NCBI GenBank assembly: GCA_051362555.1
Contig: CM120641.1
Coordinates: 17,112,001-17,176,000, forward strand
Length of the DNA stretch: 64,000 bases
Direction: 5' to 3'
DNA from: Lingula anatina
Lineage: Eukaryota; Animalia; Brachiopoda
The position numbers and the translations under genes are program-made. This document shows, piece after piece, positions 14,501-29,500 of the stretch (positions are counted from its first letter, which is position 1; every line of letters starts with the position of its first letter). The notes under the pieces were generated by a model. It searched no databases and was not told where the DNA came from. It was given only the letters and a program-made list of their open reading frames with translations.

Positions 14501-17500
14501 ATACAGACGAACAAAAAATCGATTGTCAGGCTTAATTCAACCAACCAGCTGAATGTTATTTGCTGGAAAATCACTCGGAATAGCAGAGTGACTCGTCAAC
14601 ATGGTCTACAAGGTGCTACGCCGGTAGGGCTGCTTCTAGGGCGGCTTCTAGCCACGGAATCTTAGGAAATGGGCGAGGGGGAGGGAGGCGTGAGTGAGGG
14701 ACCGGTATTTCATACTTGATATAAAGCTACTAAAATTAACATGGCACGGGTGGATTCATTCCCCAGTTTTGTGCTCTTCTCTCCGCAGAACACCCAACGG
14801 TTGATAGAAGAACGTAAGCCACAGATTGAGAACCTGAATGAAGGGGGGCAGGAGCTTATGGGTGTCTGTAGCGATGAGCACGGATCCCAGGTGCAGGACA
14901 CCCTTCTCAACATCAACAGCCGTTACGAGGACGTTAAAGCCGCCGTGAGAGAGAAGATTAACGAACTGGATGATGCCTTCCGGCAAGCAACATCAGAGGT
15001 AGGTTGTACTAAAGTCAACACACATGGCTGAATATGTTGATATAGATACAGGCATTTTAGACTCATGCTCAGACCCACACCCTGATCGCCAAATATTAGA
15101 TATAATGTTAACGTATATCATAGTCCAGTTTCCTGCTGGTATTATCCATGTTACAAATATAACGGATGCTTCTTGATGTATTAATGTATGTAGAGTGCCT
15201 TTGACAGAGAATTACCCTTAAGTGGGAAATATGGTTGATAGACCCAGCGGTTTTGGACTGCTTCGATGAACGTTTTTAGGTTAAAGATATATAGCACCGA
15301 ATGTACATGTATACAGGATGTACGCTTGATAATCCGTCTTCTTGATTATCGACAATCTCTCTTTATGATGCTTAATGTATTGAAACTGGATTGAAGAGGT
15401 ATTCGCGTAATATAGGACAGAGCTATATACTGAATATGATCAACATGGTACTCGCATCATAACATTTGCTTTTTACCTCTAAAATCTATGAACATTTATG
15501 TTACCTTAAGCGCTGTTCAAGATTAATGCGTGTACCAGAAGTCACTTCTGATCAATAGAGATTATCGTTGTTAGAGAAATTACTTTCAGACCAGAGAAAC
15601 TAAAACCAGATACAGAATTACACTGTAAATTATCCTACACACGTATGGCTTTACCAAGAAATTCTGGATGTTAGCCACAGAAATCAGTATCTCCTACTTT
15701 CGGGCCTCGGTGGGCTTTCATTAACATATGATTACGAAACAATGACAAGTACAAAACAGCCAGTGTTTTCCTAGTCGACCCCTTGAGAGCTTTTACCATG
15801 TTTAATTGAATTTTATGGCAAAGATGTTGCTTACTTTATATCAAAGTGCGATTATAAGATTATAAAACATCCGTTTTTATCCACGGAGGACAAGTAATGT
15901 CTCTTACTCAGCCTTTGTTTTCTATGACATTGATGTATATTTAATGTTTATTTTTTCACTTAAAAATACTGCGTGTTGGTACAAGAACATCTTCCTGAAA
16001 TGTGTGCCAGTTTTTCTTGACTGGTAACACCAACAGTGTTCTACTTGGGGTGTAAATTCTGTACAGGTAGATCAGTTTATTAATGTTGATCACGTAATTA
16101 CTTAGCAACACAATACCAGGCGTTTTAATAAAACTGCGGAGGGAGTTGAAAAATTCTAACAATTATCGATGTGGTGTGTTGCCTAGGGAATAACACCCCG
16201 GCTTTCTTTCTGATGATTGAAAAGCTGCCAAATTTCTTTAGGTTACCGATGCACTAGATAGCCTGTCGGAGGAGTTGCAGGCGCTGAACGACCAGATTGC
16301 TCATGCAGACCCCGTCCCAACGCGCCCCGAGCCACTCAAGGAGCAGATCGCGGAGTCGCAGGTAGTGGTTGCGATTACGCGGAATAAGGTCCTCGTACAA
16401 ATAACGAGAGTCATTACTTCTTAGTGATAATTTAGCATAAAACTAAGACAAGATCTGAAGGTGGTAAACTGTTCAATCTGGTTCTATAAGAACTGAAGAA
16501 TGAATATGTCATTGACGATGCATGTTTCGCATATTAATTATTAACTTTATCTGATTTGTCTGAAATAGAAAGAATGTATTGTTGTTGTAATATTTAAAAA
16601 AAAAACAGATTTTCACAACACGTGATAACTCATCAGCAGATATTTTCATTTGATTTAGAATTGTTTAACAAGTTTTAACTACGTGGTTATAACATCTATG
16701 TATTGATGTCTATTTTAGAATGTTCTTGAGGATGTTGATCGTCGCAGGGACGCCCTGGTCAACGCCAAAGATGCAGCAGCTGCCTTTATCGCCCAAGTGC
16801 CTGAGGAGGACAGACAAGCAGAGGGTAAGTGCCCCCCCCCCCACACACACACACACCGCCCCTTTACTCCGAATCAGAGCAGTTCTTCGGCAGCCTGCCA
16901 GTTGTTATTTTTACTGTGCCAAATGCAATATTTTGTCAGTAGTGAGTTTTCCAAATAACCCAGTAAAAGATCTCCTCTTCCTCGTTTTCTGAAAGGAGAT
17001 CAATATTTTAAGGGTACATTATGTTGTGTAAAAAGAAATAATTGTATTGATCTTTTTTGCCTGATTTCAGCACAAGAGTTAAAGCACAAAATCACTGAAC
17101 TCGAGCAGCTTCACGATACCGTGAAAGCCGCCGCTAATGTTCGCTCACGCACATTGGAGGAGGCCCTTAATGTGGGGGAACAGTTTTGGGCTAACTATGG
17201 GGGTCTTATGGATACTCTTAAGGAACTGCAAGATAACCTGAACTCACAGGATAGCCCCCATGTGGAGCCCGAAAGTGTGAAGGAACAGCAGAAAGAATTA
17301 TATGTAAGAAGTATATATATTATAAGGCTGTATTGCAAATCACCTTTTGTGTAACTTGAGTTCTACTAAATTTATGTGCATGACAGTTGTAGAGATAATT
17401 GAACGCAGGGAATGCAGAATTATTTCTCCCAGTTCAGTTTTAACCATTTTGATCATGCCTGACAGTTTTCGAAAACTCTTGGCAAAGTGGATAATTTTGA

Positions 17501-20500
17501 ATGCTCAAAGGACGTTAAGGACGTTTTATTAACATTTATAAATCTACTCTTTCTCTTGACATTCTAAATTGCTGCTAAAGCGACAAATCTTTATTGGTTG
17601 ATATTTAAAAATATTGTCATTTGTATTTAATATTATCATCAATATATTTTACCAGTTATAATATTTATCTTGCCAGGCCATAAAAGAAGAGTTTGAGAAG
17701 ACGAAGACACCAATCCAAGAATGCCGCCAGACCGCCGACTACTTCAGCTCTCTGGTAGGGGAACCGGGCAAGGTAGAGGTGAAGAAAGCAATGGAGGATA
17801 TGGACGAGAACATGGAGAACCTGGAGGATGGGATCAAAGAGAGGGAGGAGGAGTTAGACAATGCATTTGAGAAAGGGAAGAGCTTTGAACAAACATTCCA
17901 GGTAATAGAATCTCTTTTTTTATGCATAGAAACAGATTTGTGAGTAGGCCTACATTTAGCCGTCGCCTGTGTCTGTCGTCGCTGTCGCCGTCGCAGTACA
18001 CTTTCAGTGTTATTCTACGTACAATGCAGATCTTAACATTCTTTGTTAGAGTTATCTATCTTGTTCCAGAACAACATACGTCACTATATGGAATACCTGA
18101 TCGTCCACAAATCTTTTTGACAGATGCAGTATTATATGAATAACAGGGATAATCCTTGTGAAATTAGCTACATTTTATTAAATGTATCCCCTCACTATAG
18201 GTATATGTTATAAGATTTTCAGTAGGATGTGCTCTCTGGCCCTTTTAGTAAATGGTGGAATCTATATTCGTTTGCCTGTCTTATAAAAGTATTGGTGATA
18301 TTTATTCATGATTCTTTTTATTTCACAGGACATTAACTCTTGGCTTCCAAAGTTTGAAGAAAACCTTGCAAGAATGGGACCAGTTGCTGCTGAAAAAAGA
18401 TCGATCAAAATACAAATAGAAGAACTTAAAGTTCTAAAACTTCAAGCGCATGCTAGAGACGCTGATATTGAAAAACTAAACACCCAGGCGGCAGAGCTGA
18501 AGGCAATGTCTCCTCTGGCTGCTGATGGGGTATTGGACACCGTGAAGGAAATGAATGGGAGATGGGCAAATTTGGTGAAAGGAATAGCAGATAGAGAGGT
18601 ATATATCAGGGCTTTTGGCTTGCTTGTCATGTAATTTTCTGGCATCATGTTGCTGTATCAGATAAGAGTTGGAAGGCACATAGCACAAACTCATTTATAA
18701 TTTGTGCGATAATTGTGTTAAGAACTATTTAAATTTCAAGAAATTACAAAGGCCCAAAAGGAAAACGAAGTTCACAATTTCCCTAGCAACAAAGTCATTG
18801 ATTATCAGGAAAACGGAACAGCCATCTTGTTTTAATTCTACTTACCACTAAAGCATAAAGTGCAGATCGTAATTTTTTTGCATTTTTGTTATTTAGACTC
18901 GCCTACAGGAGTCGCTAGTATCGCTTGGAGAACTGGACCATGCTTTAGACGATGTGATTGGTTTCCTCACTCACGCGGAACAGGTGCTTACTCAACAAGA
19001 CGATGTCAACGGGGACCACAAACACATAGAAGCATCCCTTAGAAAACTACAAGTAGGCGCTGATTTTAACTTGAACTATAATTAAAAGTTTGCCTAATAA
19101 TTTTAAGATATACGTTTCTGTTCTGATGTAGTAGTTGGGCCTATATAGTGATGTAAAAAAGAAACTGTGCATGTATTTGCAGTCAGATGCAGATAAGATT
19201 TTTTTCTGTCACAGGGGCGCAAAAATTATATACAAAATACCAATAAACCCCTGCATATAATCAAATATTATGACACTTCACTGTACATGGCAGTTACTCC
19301 AAAGAGATATCAACAAACATGGCGCGATGGTCACCACCTTAAGTGAAGCAGTGGAGGCAGTGGCAGCCAGGAATGCTACCGGGGCGCCCGCTCTAAAGGA
19401 CAAACAAGAAGAAATGAACGAGTTGTGGAAAGCCGTCAACATTTATGCATTGGAAAAACAAAATCAACTACAGGACCTGTTGAAAGCTGTGAGTGGCTTA
19501 TTATATTTTCGTTTAATTATTCAGAGATGATCTGTTATAACACGCTGTATTATGCATCGTTCAAGATAAGGTAATTGAATAGTCTCCAACTCAGTGGCTT
19601 CAGTACATCAATGTGTTAATGATGCGCCTGCTTTGAGGCTTGTGGTGGATCCAATGGGTATATAGATTGACGTACGGTCGTGAGATATGTAAATACTTAT
19701 TTCTTAAGCACATGCAAGCGTTTTTTTCCCTAAACTGCCGTCATCATCTGTTACGTTTCGCGCATTTCCAAATTTCTCATAGCAAATTCATCAGTGTAGT
19801 TGGAAATACATACTCCTTATTTATTCCTAACAATTTGTATTAAATTATGGAAAATCCCAATACAGTATTTAAGGTGTTTACCCGACTTCCTCAGTCGCTG
19901 AGTCATCGGGTGCCGTTTATGCGGTATCGATTTCTGTGTCTGAAGCGAAATGTCTTCTTTCCTCTGCAGGCAAAGGCTTTTATTGGAGAAGTGGAGGACG
20001 TTCTTCACTGGCTTAGAGATTATAAACTGGGACTGAAACGTGTAAAACCGCTGGGCGCACTGCCCGAAACTGCTAAAAAACAGTATGATAAATTCATGAC
20101 CGGGTACAACCACCTCCATGGTAAGGAGGACCAAGTTAAGATGATCCTTCTCAATGGAGAAGACATGATCTCACGGTGTAAACGCTCAGACGTGATCATG
20201 CTCAGGGAAATGCTAGCAAAACTGAGGTTTAGGTGGGACGACACGACCAAGAGGGCTGAAAAGGAAAAGGTAGTAATCATCAGTTTATTAATTTTATTAT
20301 TGTTATTATTGCTGTTGAATTTTTTTCGACATAGAATTTGATAATGTATTGTCCCTCACCAACTAACGACGAACGTGCAGTGTTCTGTTCTTCGAGCAAC
20401 TTTTATCTAGTGAATAATCGCATTCAAAAGTCCGTGACGAAACAGTAGCAGAAAAAAATTTGGTCCCAACCAAAATGAAAACTGTACTACATCAATTTCA

Positions 20501-23500
20501 TTTCATCAACAACAGAAGAAAATTGAGATCCACATGCAAGCAGTGAACGATTTCCACGCCTCTCTGAACACCTTCACGGACTGGCTTGCCAACGCTGAGA
20601 ATGTCTATGCTAGCTTTACCTACCCGAGCAAGATTGTGGAAAGGGTCACCAAACAGATTAAGGACCATAAGGTAATGGAAAGGGGCCATCGATGCTATAT
20701 ATACATTGTTTATTATATTATAATATAATTAAAATATCTTGGTAACATGAGGTTTCCTTTCTTGTCCTCGTAAAACAGAGTTTAATGCTTTGTCTTGTGT
20801 GTTCTGTAATTAAAATTTCCACAGGCCTTCTTTCCTTGTTATTGTTTTCTTTGAGGGTGTATTGGTTTCTTTGATGTTCTCGTACATGCTCAAACACATA
20901 AAACACACTGAAATTATAATAAACAACAAACAAATTAACTCTTTTGAACATGGGTCATTGCTGTAACAGATATCAAGCTGGAATTGGTTGTTAAGATTAA
21001 GACATTTTCTCACTTCTTCCATAGGATGTGTACGATGACTTGAAGGCTCACGCAGGAATCATGCAGAGCACGGACCGCAATGGGACTTACCTGAAATATT
21101 TTGGCCGTAAACACGACACGGTTTACCTCAATAACTTGCTCACCAGCGTTCGGCTGAGGTGGAAAAAGCTCGTGCGGCGGACAGAAGAGAGGGGGCGGTT
21201 ACTCACACAGGCATACAAGGAGGATAAAAGGGTATGGGTGGTTGTGAAAGTTGATAAAAGTATCGATTATTGAGGAAAAACACAGTTTATGTTTCTGAGA
21301 TAAGTTCAGTGTCAAAAACATTGACCCTTATATTTGGAGAATATATGTTTATCAAAACAAGGGAATTTTTTAATCGATTCAAGCAGGTTTATTCACGAAT
21401 CATTTGGTAACAATAACAGAGCACAATGCCTCGATTTGGCGGCCAATGCAGCAGTGCAGATGAACACAATCCCCGAGTGTTCACCGAACAATTTTGTCCA
21501 ATACATCTCGTCGTGTGTTCGATTGCCACTATGATAAACCAGTCTACAGCAGTCACCAGTAGATGTCCTTTGATTTATTGATTGACAGATGAATGTACAT
21601 TACAAACCTGCTATTCAAGCTGAAACAATTACGACAGACGGCATAGATCAGATAAAATTTTAGGCCTAATTGATAACTGGTTAGTGTAGCACTGTTTCAT
21701 AAAATCTTTATATATGTATATGAGCGAAAAAAGGAAAAAATTCAATACAGTATCAAGTCCATGACACCGACAGTGATTTAAAAACCGTTCATGCTAATTG
21801 TGTTTAAACCTATCCTATTTGCACAACAATCTGCTGCTGTGTTGTATCCTCTGAAACCATTAGTGTATTAACTCCTTTGAGAATTGCAATGATTACCACT
21901 GGGTATGGAAGAACAGATTGCTGGCCATAATGGGACAGAAAAAACATCTGTTGTTGAGTAGACTGATATTGCTGTTTTAGAACTGAATCAGTTTGCATAT
22001 TTCAGCCGAGATAAAGAGACATTCGTTGCTAGAATTTCACCGAAACACTGCGAAACATTGAGAAACCTAAGCACTCAAACCGGAATCTTAGTTGGTTCAT
22101 ATTCTGAAGTACATATGTAGCCTCATATTTTGAGGATGTCAAAATGGTATTTATCTAAGACTTTTAGGTACTATTTTTTGTGGGTGACTTGTATTGAGAG
22201 TTATCCGCCTGGCAGGTAATCAGAGATTCACAGGCACGGTTTTGGATCTGAAGTGCGATATTGAACATCATACCTCTCACGATAAATTGCCGTGTCATTG
22301 TGACAGTGATCCATGCACAAATAATGCAATCTTTACAATATCGGTGAGCTCCTTTGTCTTTGTTACAGTTTTACGATTCATGGAAGGACCTGTGTGACTG
22401 GTTAGACGACACAGAGAAGAAGCTACTCAATTTCTCAGCTCAGAAATCTCCAGCAGAAGTGAAGCAATTTATGGACGACCTAAAGGTAAGATCTATCGCT
22501 TAACTGTGATCCTTGTTTATTCTCTTTGAAAACTATTGTTGTAGCCATGAAAATAAACTAATTTTTAATATTTGAGTCATAAAAGTATTGTGGAGACAGT
22601 TATAATATTTTTAAGTGGAAAGTAAAATAAGTTATTAACATAATGAAAATAAGAAATTAATTGAAAAGTGACCGAATGAATCATTCAAAGATTTTTTTGT
22701 ATTTTCTAATCTGAATGTAAAAATTCTGATCTATTATCTTACGGCGGGATTTCATGGTGGTCGGGAACGCCGTCGCCTAAAGTTTTCCAAATACTAACTT
22801 GTCTCCAGGGAATTAGGGTGCACTCTTCTACTTTATCACAATAACATACTCAGCAGTTGGCGTGGGTCGTCTCTTGTAGAGTAGCGTAGAATACGGGCCT
22901 GAAACTTTGGGCATTTCTGCTACACACACACATGGCGCACATCTTCTGGTTAGCAGCTGTAGGTTGCTGTGATCAGTCGCTTACTTTGGGTGGCGTGCGG
23001 CTCTATATTTAAGCTGCCTCTTTGAAAGTAGCTAACGTGTACCTGAAAACACACTTCCAACAAGACAAGGAATGAGTTGTTTATGATTTACTATTCTCTT
23101 CGAAAAGGTTTTAGTAGTCACTTGTCCACCTTGTGGTCCGGGCAGTCTTTAAGTTAAAACTGCAATTTTTGAAAAAAATTACATGTATGGTGTACTTTTG
23201 AACGTTTAACACTAGGTACAGAATCCAGTGTTGCCCTTTAGATGGAAGTTCCCGTTTAAATAAAATATATATATATATTTTTTTTTTTAATAATCAACTT
23301 GGGCAATTAATCACCCGCTCCTCTTTTCCCTCCACTCGCATCAATTCGCCGCTATGCTTTCGCAGCTTTTACTCATTCACATGCTTCCTAACTTAGCCTA
23401 CTCATAAACTAAAGAATGGGAGACCAATGTGGAAACAGATTCAGTTGGAACGACTTGTAAGTCCTTATCATAGTTGTAACCGGCAGGAAAAAAACAGGCA

Positions 23501-26500
23501 GATTGCAGGGAGACTGTCAGGAAATAATGAACACATTTTGATGAGATCGATTTGGAACTCTCTGTGTTATTACTTCGTTAATTGGGGAATGCAATTTGAG
23601 CATCGTATCAATCAAATTAGCCCTAAAAGCATTTCAATACTTTGAGAATTAGGGTTTTATTTCCAAATGTCAAGGGAAGTCTCACCTTTAAAAATACCGG
23701 GTTTTTTTCCTGCACGTGGACCACAATTTACTTAGCGCACCCATCTTCATGTTCAACACCGTGAAACTGCATGTGCCTCACCTTTGTTCAGGCTTCGTAC
23801 TTTGCTCTGTACCTATAATACTAACACTCGCCTGTATGTATGTTTGTGAAATTGTATGTTTTCTTGTTGTCATGTTCTAATTGTATTGCCGCATATGATG
23901 TTATATTGTGCTCGTGCAAGCTCCCTGTATAACCTTTGCGTTTTCCATTTGCCATCTACTACACCATGATGGAGTGCCTGGACGAAATCCAGAGGATGTA
24001 ACTCATTTTATATTTTTGGTATGATTATCTTTTATAAATCACTTCATAATAAGGTGTTGGTTGATTTAGAATAATTAAATAATTGAGAACAATATTCACA
24101 GTTGTGACATGAATATGCAAAAAGTTTTTGTGTGATTAAGAAAAAAATTCCCAGAATTCAAATACTTAAAACATTAGTGATGAAATTATGAAATCAAGAT
24201 AAAAAGCTGTCGTCTACCTTTAGAATTTAACCTCAAATGTCGACCCAGATTTAGATTATCATGTATCACTGGGTGGCAGTTAGTTGACGACGACAGCTGT
24301 GGATATTGTTGGTGTGATGAATTACCTGTACTGTTGACACAGATATATATAGCCGTTTGAATATGTACAGAATGCCATTTAGCCAATATTTTTTAAATCC
24401 GAAGGGCAGTAGAGCCAGCAGGTAAACTTTGTTGTATAACATATATTATTCAGTTATTTCTATTTTGCTTTTATTCCTTACTGCACGTTTTTGTGTGACT
24501 TATGCAGTTAGCTTTTGTGCGTCTAATTTGACTTTGCAAAGTTTTGCGATGCCTTTGGTATCTGCATCACTGTTTTTGCCAGCGTTCAACTTTGTTGGTT
24601 CTGCATTAAATGTTTGCGGCTATTGCCTCTAGAATAAGTTGTCACGGGTATTGATCATGGTCTTGCGCTCTATAGCATGTTGTTCAGAGAAGACATATTT
24701 TTTCATATAAGAAGTAAATATTCACCATGGTTTAATAATAATTGATTTTCCAAATATTTTAACTGTACAGATTTTTATAACTACTACAATTCAACCATGG
24801 ATGTTCATAGAGTATAAACATCTTAAGAATTTAAGATATGTATATGTTCATGTATATCATAATACGTATATCGATTTAATGATTGGCGTACTGTAGAGCT
24901 TTTCAATGAAATCGTTTAAGGTGCAGGTTTAAAGTATGGCAACCTCCATATTTGTCGTGATCAGCTGTGGTCAATAGGTATAATATGGTTTTGTCACACA
25001 GACTGTCGCCAGAAATCCCATTTCACTACATCCTCACATATTCACAAAATTATTAATGGCAACGATGTTTAAACATGTCTTTATCTCCATTGTACCACTA
25101 TCGTCTGCTCCAGCATTATGAACATCAGATTAGTTCCAAGCATCCACAGTACTACACAACAACAAGGTTAGGCAGAAATCTAAAGGACAGGTGTACCAGG
25201 AATGATCAGGACAGGGAAACGCTGCAGGAAATGTTAGATGAACTGAAGAACAAGTGGACGATTGTCAGATCTCTGGTTTCTCAAAGGTATGCTGCCGTGA
25301 ACTGTGAACTCTTGAGTTCATGTAATGTACGCAAAGGGGATACTCCCCCATACAAAGCTTAGATGAAATAAAAATTATACAGTTTTAACTGATTTCAACA
25401 TTTTAAAAGATTCTTGGGTACTGAAAAACATGACTGCTGAATATTTTCTCATGGTTTCGTATTATATATCTTTATATATGTCTTTTGGGTGAATTGTTAA
25501 TTTTTCACTATGAATCCTTGTGATTAAAAAGAATCCACTTTTTGAAGAATAATGTACATTTTTACCTAGGCAAAGCAAACTAGACGAGGCTCTCCTGATG
25601 TCTGGTCGGTTGTCAGACGCGCTGCAGTCCTTAATGGAGTGGCTGACACGCGCTGAGACCGCTCTCACAGAGGATCAGAATGTAGCCGGAGATATAGACA
25701 CTGTAAACATTCTTATTGAACAGCACAAAGTAAGTGACTCAATTACTCATTGTAGTTTGTAAATTAATATTTCATTCCATCAAATGACAGAACTTATATT
25801 ATATTTTTATGTAGTTCATCTGAGGAAATGAATTGTGTAGACATATTTTTCGGGTATAAAAATGGTGTTGTACTAGCCATCTATCGGAGTAATGAAGTCG
25901 CCTGTCCCAAGTAACAAAATTGAGTCCCCTTTCTTCAGTCATTCCAACAAGAACTCGATGCCAGACAGTCGACAATAAACACTCTGAAGGATTCGTCCCA
26001 CGGGGACCCAGCCCTCACCTCGCAACTAGAGCACCTGGACCGCAAGTGGGAAGAAGTGAACCACCTCAGTAATATGAGAGAGTCGAGGCTGCAAGATGCC
26101 CTTAAACTAGTACGTTCAGAATCTTTTTTCCTCATAGGTTAATGTGAGGTATGAAGACGTGAAAAGAAATGAGATATGACAGTGTTCATTTGACGAGTAA
26201 TAATTATTTTAACCTTCACGTATATGTATTCAAACAAGGAAATGCAACAACTTACTTGTTTTTTTACCTATCCTACAAGGCTGAGGAGTTCCAAGAGGTG
26301 GTCCATGTGATGCGAGAGTGGCTCCCTCAAGCGGAAGCGGAGCTCAAGGTCCGGGCGCTGCCTGAGGACGAAGTAGAAATCGTAGAATTGATAGAAAGAC
26401 ACGAGGTATGTGTTATAATTCAACTTATTCGAATTGAAGGAAAAGACTTAAAACACAGTGATTAAATGTGTTTAAATTTTAACAAAAATGCAGAGTCAGT

Positions 26501-29500
26501 CTTTTCATTTGTAAGGTCTATTCATTTGTAAATTTCAGAAAAGGGGATGCTTCAATTTTGTGGACATAATTTGAGTAATACAAGCCATAAATAGTGATCC
26601 TATTTTTAATATACGCAGGCTTTTATGGAAGAACTCACTGGCAAAAAACAAATTATAGAAAGAATAAAGGAGCTGTCTGATGAGATTCTACAGAACTGTC
26701 ACCCGAACGCTGTGCGGTTTGTGAGGTATTACCTGACTATCACCTCCACGAGATGGGAACAGGTGAGCAGACGACATTTCTTTGACCTTTTAGCTCAAAC
26801 ATTTAATGATTTAACATTGGTACTATATATAAAACGAAAAAGTGGATGGAGAAGTAAAACTGATCTGATATTGGGATACTCAAGTACGTGAGACCCCAGT
26901 ATTCAAACTTGAGTTTCCACGACAGTGAATTTCTAACATCACAACCAGAGGAATGTTAACTGCAATTGAATTTTTAAAAACGAAGGGAGTTTAGGGTACC
27001 GTGTCCTATAGTAATCATGCCAAATCTTGTGACCATATTGAACTCCTTGACAAATGTGTATAGATCTAAGTTATGTGCTATTTAGGCCCTTACCCGAGCA
27101 GAGAATAGAACTGTTAAGCTACAAGAGGCTCTGAAAAACATCCGTGGTAATGCCGCCCTGCTGGAGGAGCTCTTAGCCTGGGTCACGGAGGCTCAGGCCT
27201 TGGTCTCCGCCAAAGAGAAGGACCCTATTCCCGAGGACATGACAGTCGTGGAGGCCCTGCTCAAAGAGCACGTGGTAAGTGTTTTATTTTTCTAGAGGTC
27301 TCAAATAGTCTCGCGAGATTTTGTAAATGAATGAAACAAATAGGAAATCGAGTTTGACGACTTTTGCATGGCTAGCAGCCTTTAAAGAAAGAATGATGCA
27401 CAACGTTTGTCATGTCAATGAAAAACTTTTTTTCATTTATTCGTATCAGAACAAGTCACATTCAGTAATATTTATTTTTTTAGGAATTTCATGAAGACCT
27501 AGTGTCAAAGAACACTGATGTAGAGCGTATTGCAAATATGCCGATACGTGGCTACAAGCGAAGGGAGAGCAAAGGGTAGGTTTTGATACCTGAACCATGT
27601 GTTCGTTGTATAAAGAAAAAGTGTGTATCTCTGCTGCATGTGATTTATATAAACATACTGTTGGGCCACTTGGTTTTTAGCGCATTTAAACTGCTCACTG
27701 CTTTGACCAAATAAAATATTGGAGTAGCTTTCTTCTTTTTCTGCTCACTTTCCAAATTGTCGCATTATTTTCTCTATAACTAAAATTTGATCTTTAACTT
27801 TCAAATTTAATAGCCATATCTACCGAGCAGTATTAATCAGCGTATTATTTATTTTGCAGTGCCAAAACCCCAGAGGCGGAGATGATCCAGAATCCTCGGC
27901 TGACCACACTACAGAACAAATGGCGGGCAGTATGGAGAATGTCGGTTGAAAGGAAGAAAAAGTTGCAAGATCTCTACGAGCATTTGTTAGAGGTAATATA
28001 TTTCATTGATTCTGCTTTCTATAAATCCATCAGGATTTTTTTCACTTTTGTTGAACGGTGATCAAGATGAAGATTTGGCGTAACTTGTTAAGTAGCTTCC
28101 ACTGTGCAAACAGATGATACCATGAAGATAGGATATTTGATGATTGATAAAGTAATAAAGCCAAATGGAAATGTATAAATTTCCCCCTTGTAAAAACAAT
28201 GCTTTACTATATTTTGCAGTTGGAAAGCTTCAAGAACTTTGATTTTGATCTGTGGAGGCAACGGTATATAAACTGGATCAAAGCCAAAAAGTTCAGGATA
28301 ACAGATTTCTTCAGACGCCAGGACAAGAAAGGTGATGGATTGCTCCCCCGGGCAGACTTTGTAGATGGCATGATGAATTCAAGTAAGTGGTTGACCTGAG
28401 GGTCTTCCCCTTTGTCTGTGTTGAAATTAAAAGCAATATGTCATTTACTAATGCACACGTGCATATCTGACATTTTGGTTAGAATGAAACATTCTCAACC
28501 CTTGGAAACTCTTACTTAGGTTATTACTAATTGTTCGAAATACTGATTAACAAATGCAGTAGGGGTGAAACATTTTCGTTTTCTCTTGTTATCATTTAGG
28601 CCCACTCCAAATATTAAATTAATCACATTATGTTAACATTTTCAGAATTCCCCACCACCCGCACAGAACTGAATGCAGTATTTGACATATTCGACAGAGA
28701 TAATAAAGGGGAGATAGACTACAGAGAGTTTATTGAAGCGCTGAATCCAGTAAGTATTCGACCTTAATATATGCGCATATAATCAAGCATCATCTGGGCA
28801 TTCATTGTATAAGTAGGCCTATATACACATTATTATGTTAAGTCCTTGGTTAAAAACGTTTACTGGTTTATAATGGCAATAAGTTTCAATACAATAAGAT
28901 ATTTTCTACTGAAATAGTCGTATATAAACACCACCGCATTGTGGAATTATCTTGAATTTTCAAAACAAAACTGTGTTTAAATAAAATTCAATGTAAATAA
29001 CGCACTTCAAGGTAATTGCCATAAACTAATTTTTTCAATCGCAATTACAGCGATCAAAACGTGCCAAACGTCCGGCTACCGACGCAGAGCAAATTCATGA
29101 TGAAATAGAACGCCAATGTTCCACCTGCACGTGTAGGACGCAGTTCAAATCTGAGAAACTGGGAGAAGGAAAATATCAGGTACAGCGTTGATTTTATCAA
29201 ATTAAGCGTGTCAGTGTGAAGTTCGTTTTGTGGGCATTTGAAAATGAAACTGGTTGGGTACAAAGTTAGGGGAAAGTTGGGGCTGTTCGAGTTTGGAGCT
29301 GAAACCACGATTGAAGTGGCTCTTGTCGTTATAATTTCTCCCTAATTGGCATTTAAGGTGCCCAGTTTCTAGTTTTTTATTGTTTAAATATATGATTATA
29401 ATTATTTTGACTATTAATGAAATTTGAATGGTTTGCATACATCATCTATATCATAAAAGGCTATTTGATATTTTATTTAATAATCAATTTTGACCATGTT

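Noticed and set aside
23960-24005. Coding-looking stretch ATGATGGAGTGCCTGGACGAAATCCAGAGGAT-gtaact
   Set aside because: There is no acceptor AG, and the ATG frame ends in phase 2 or a stop, which is incompatible with the next phase-0 exon.
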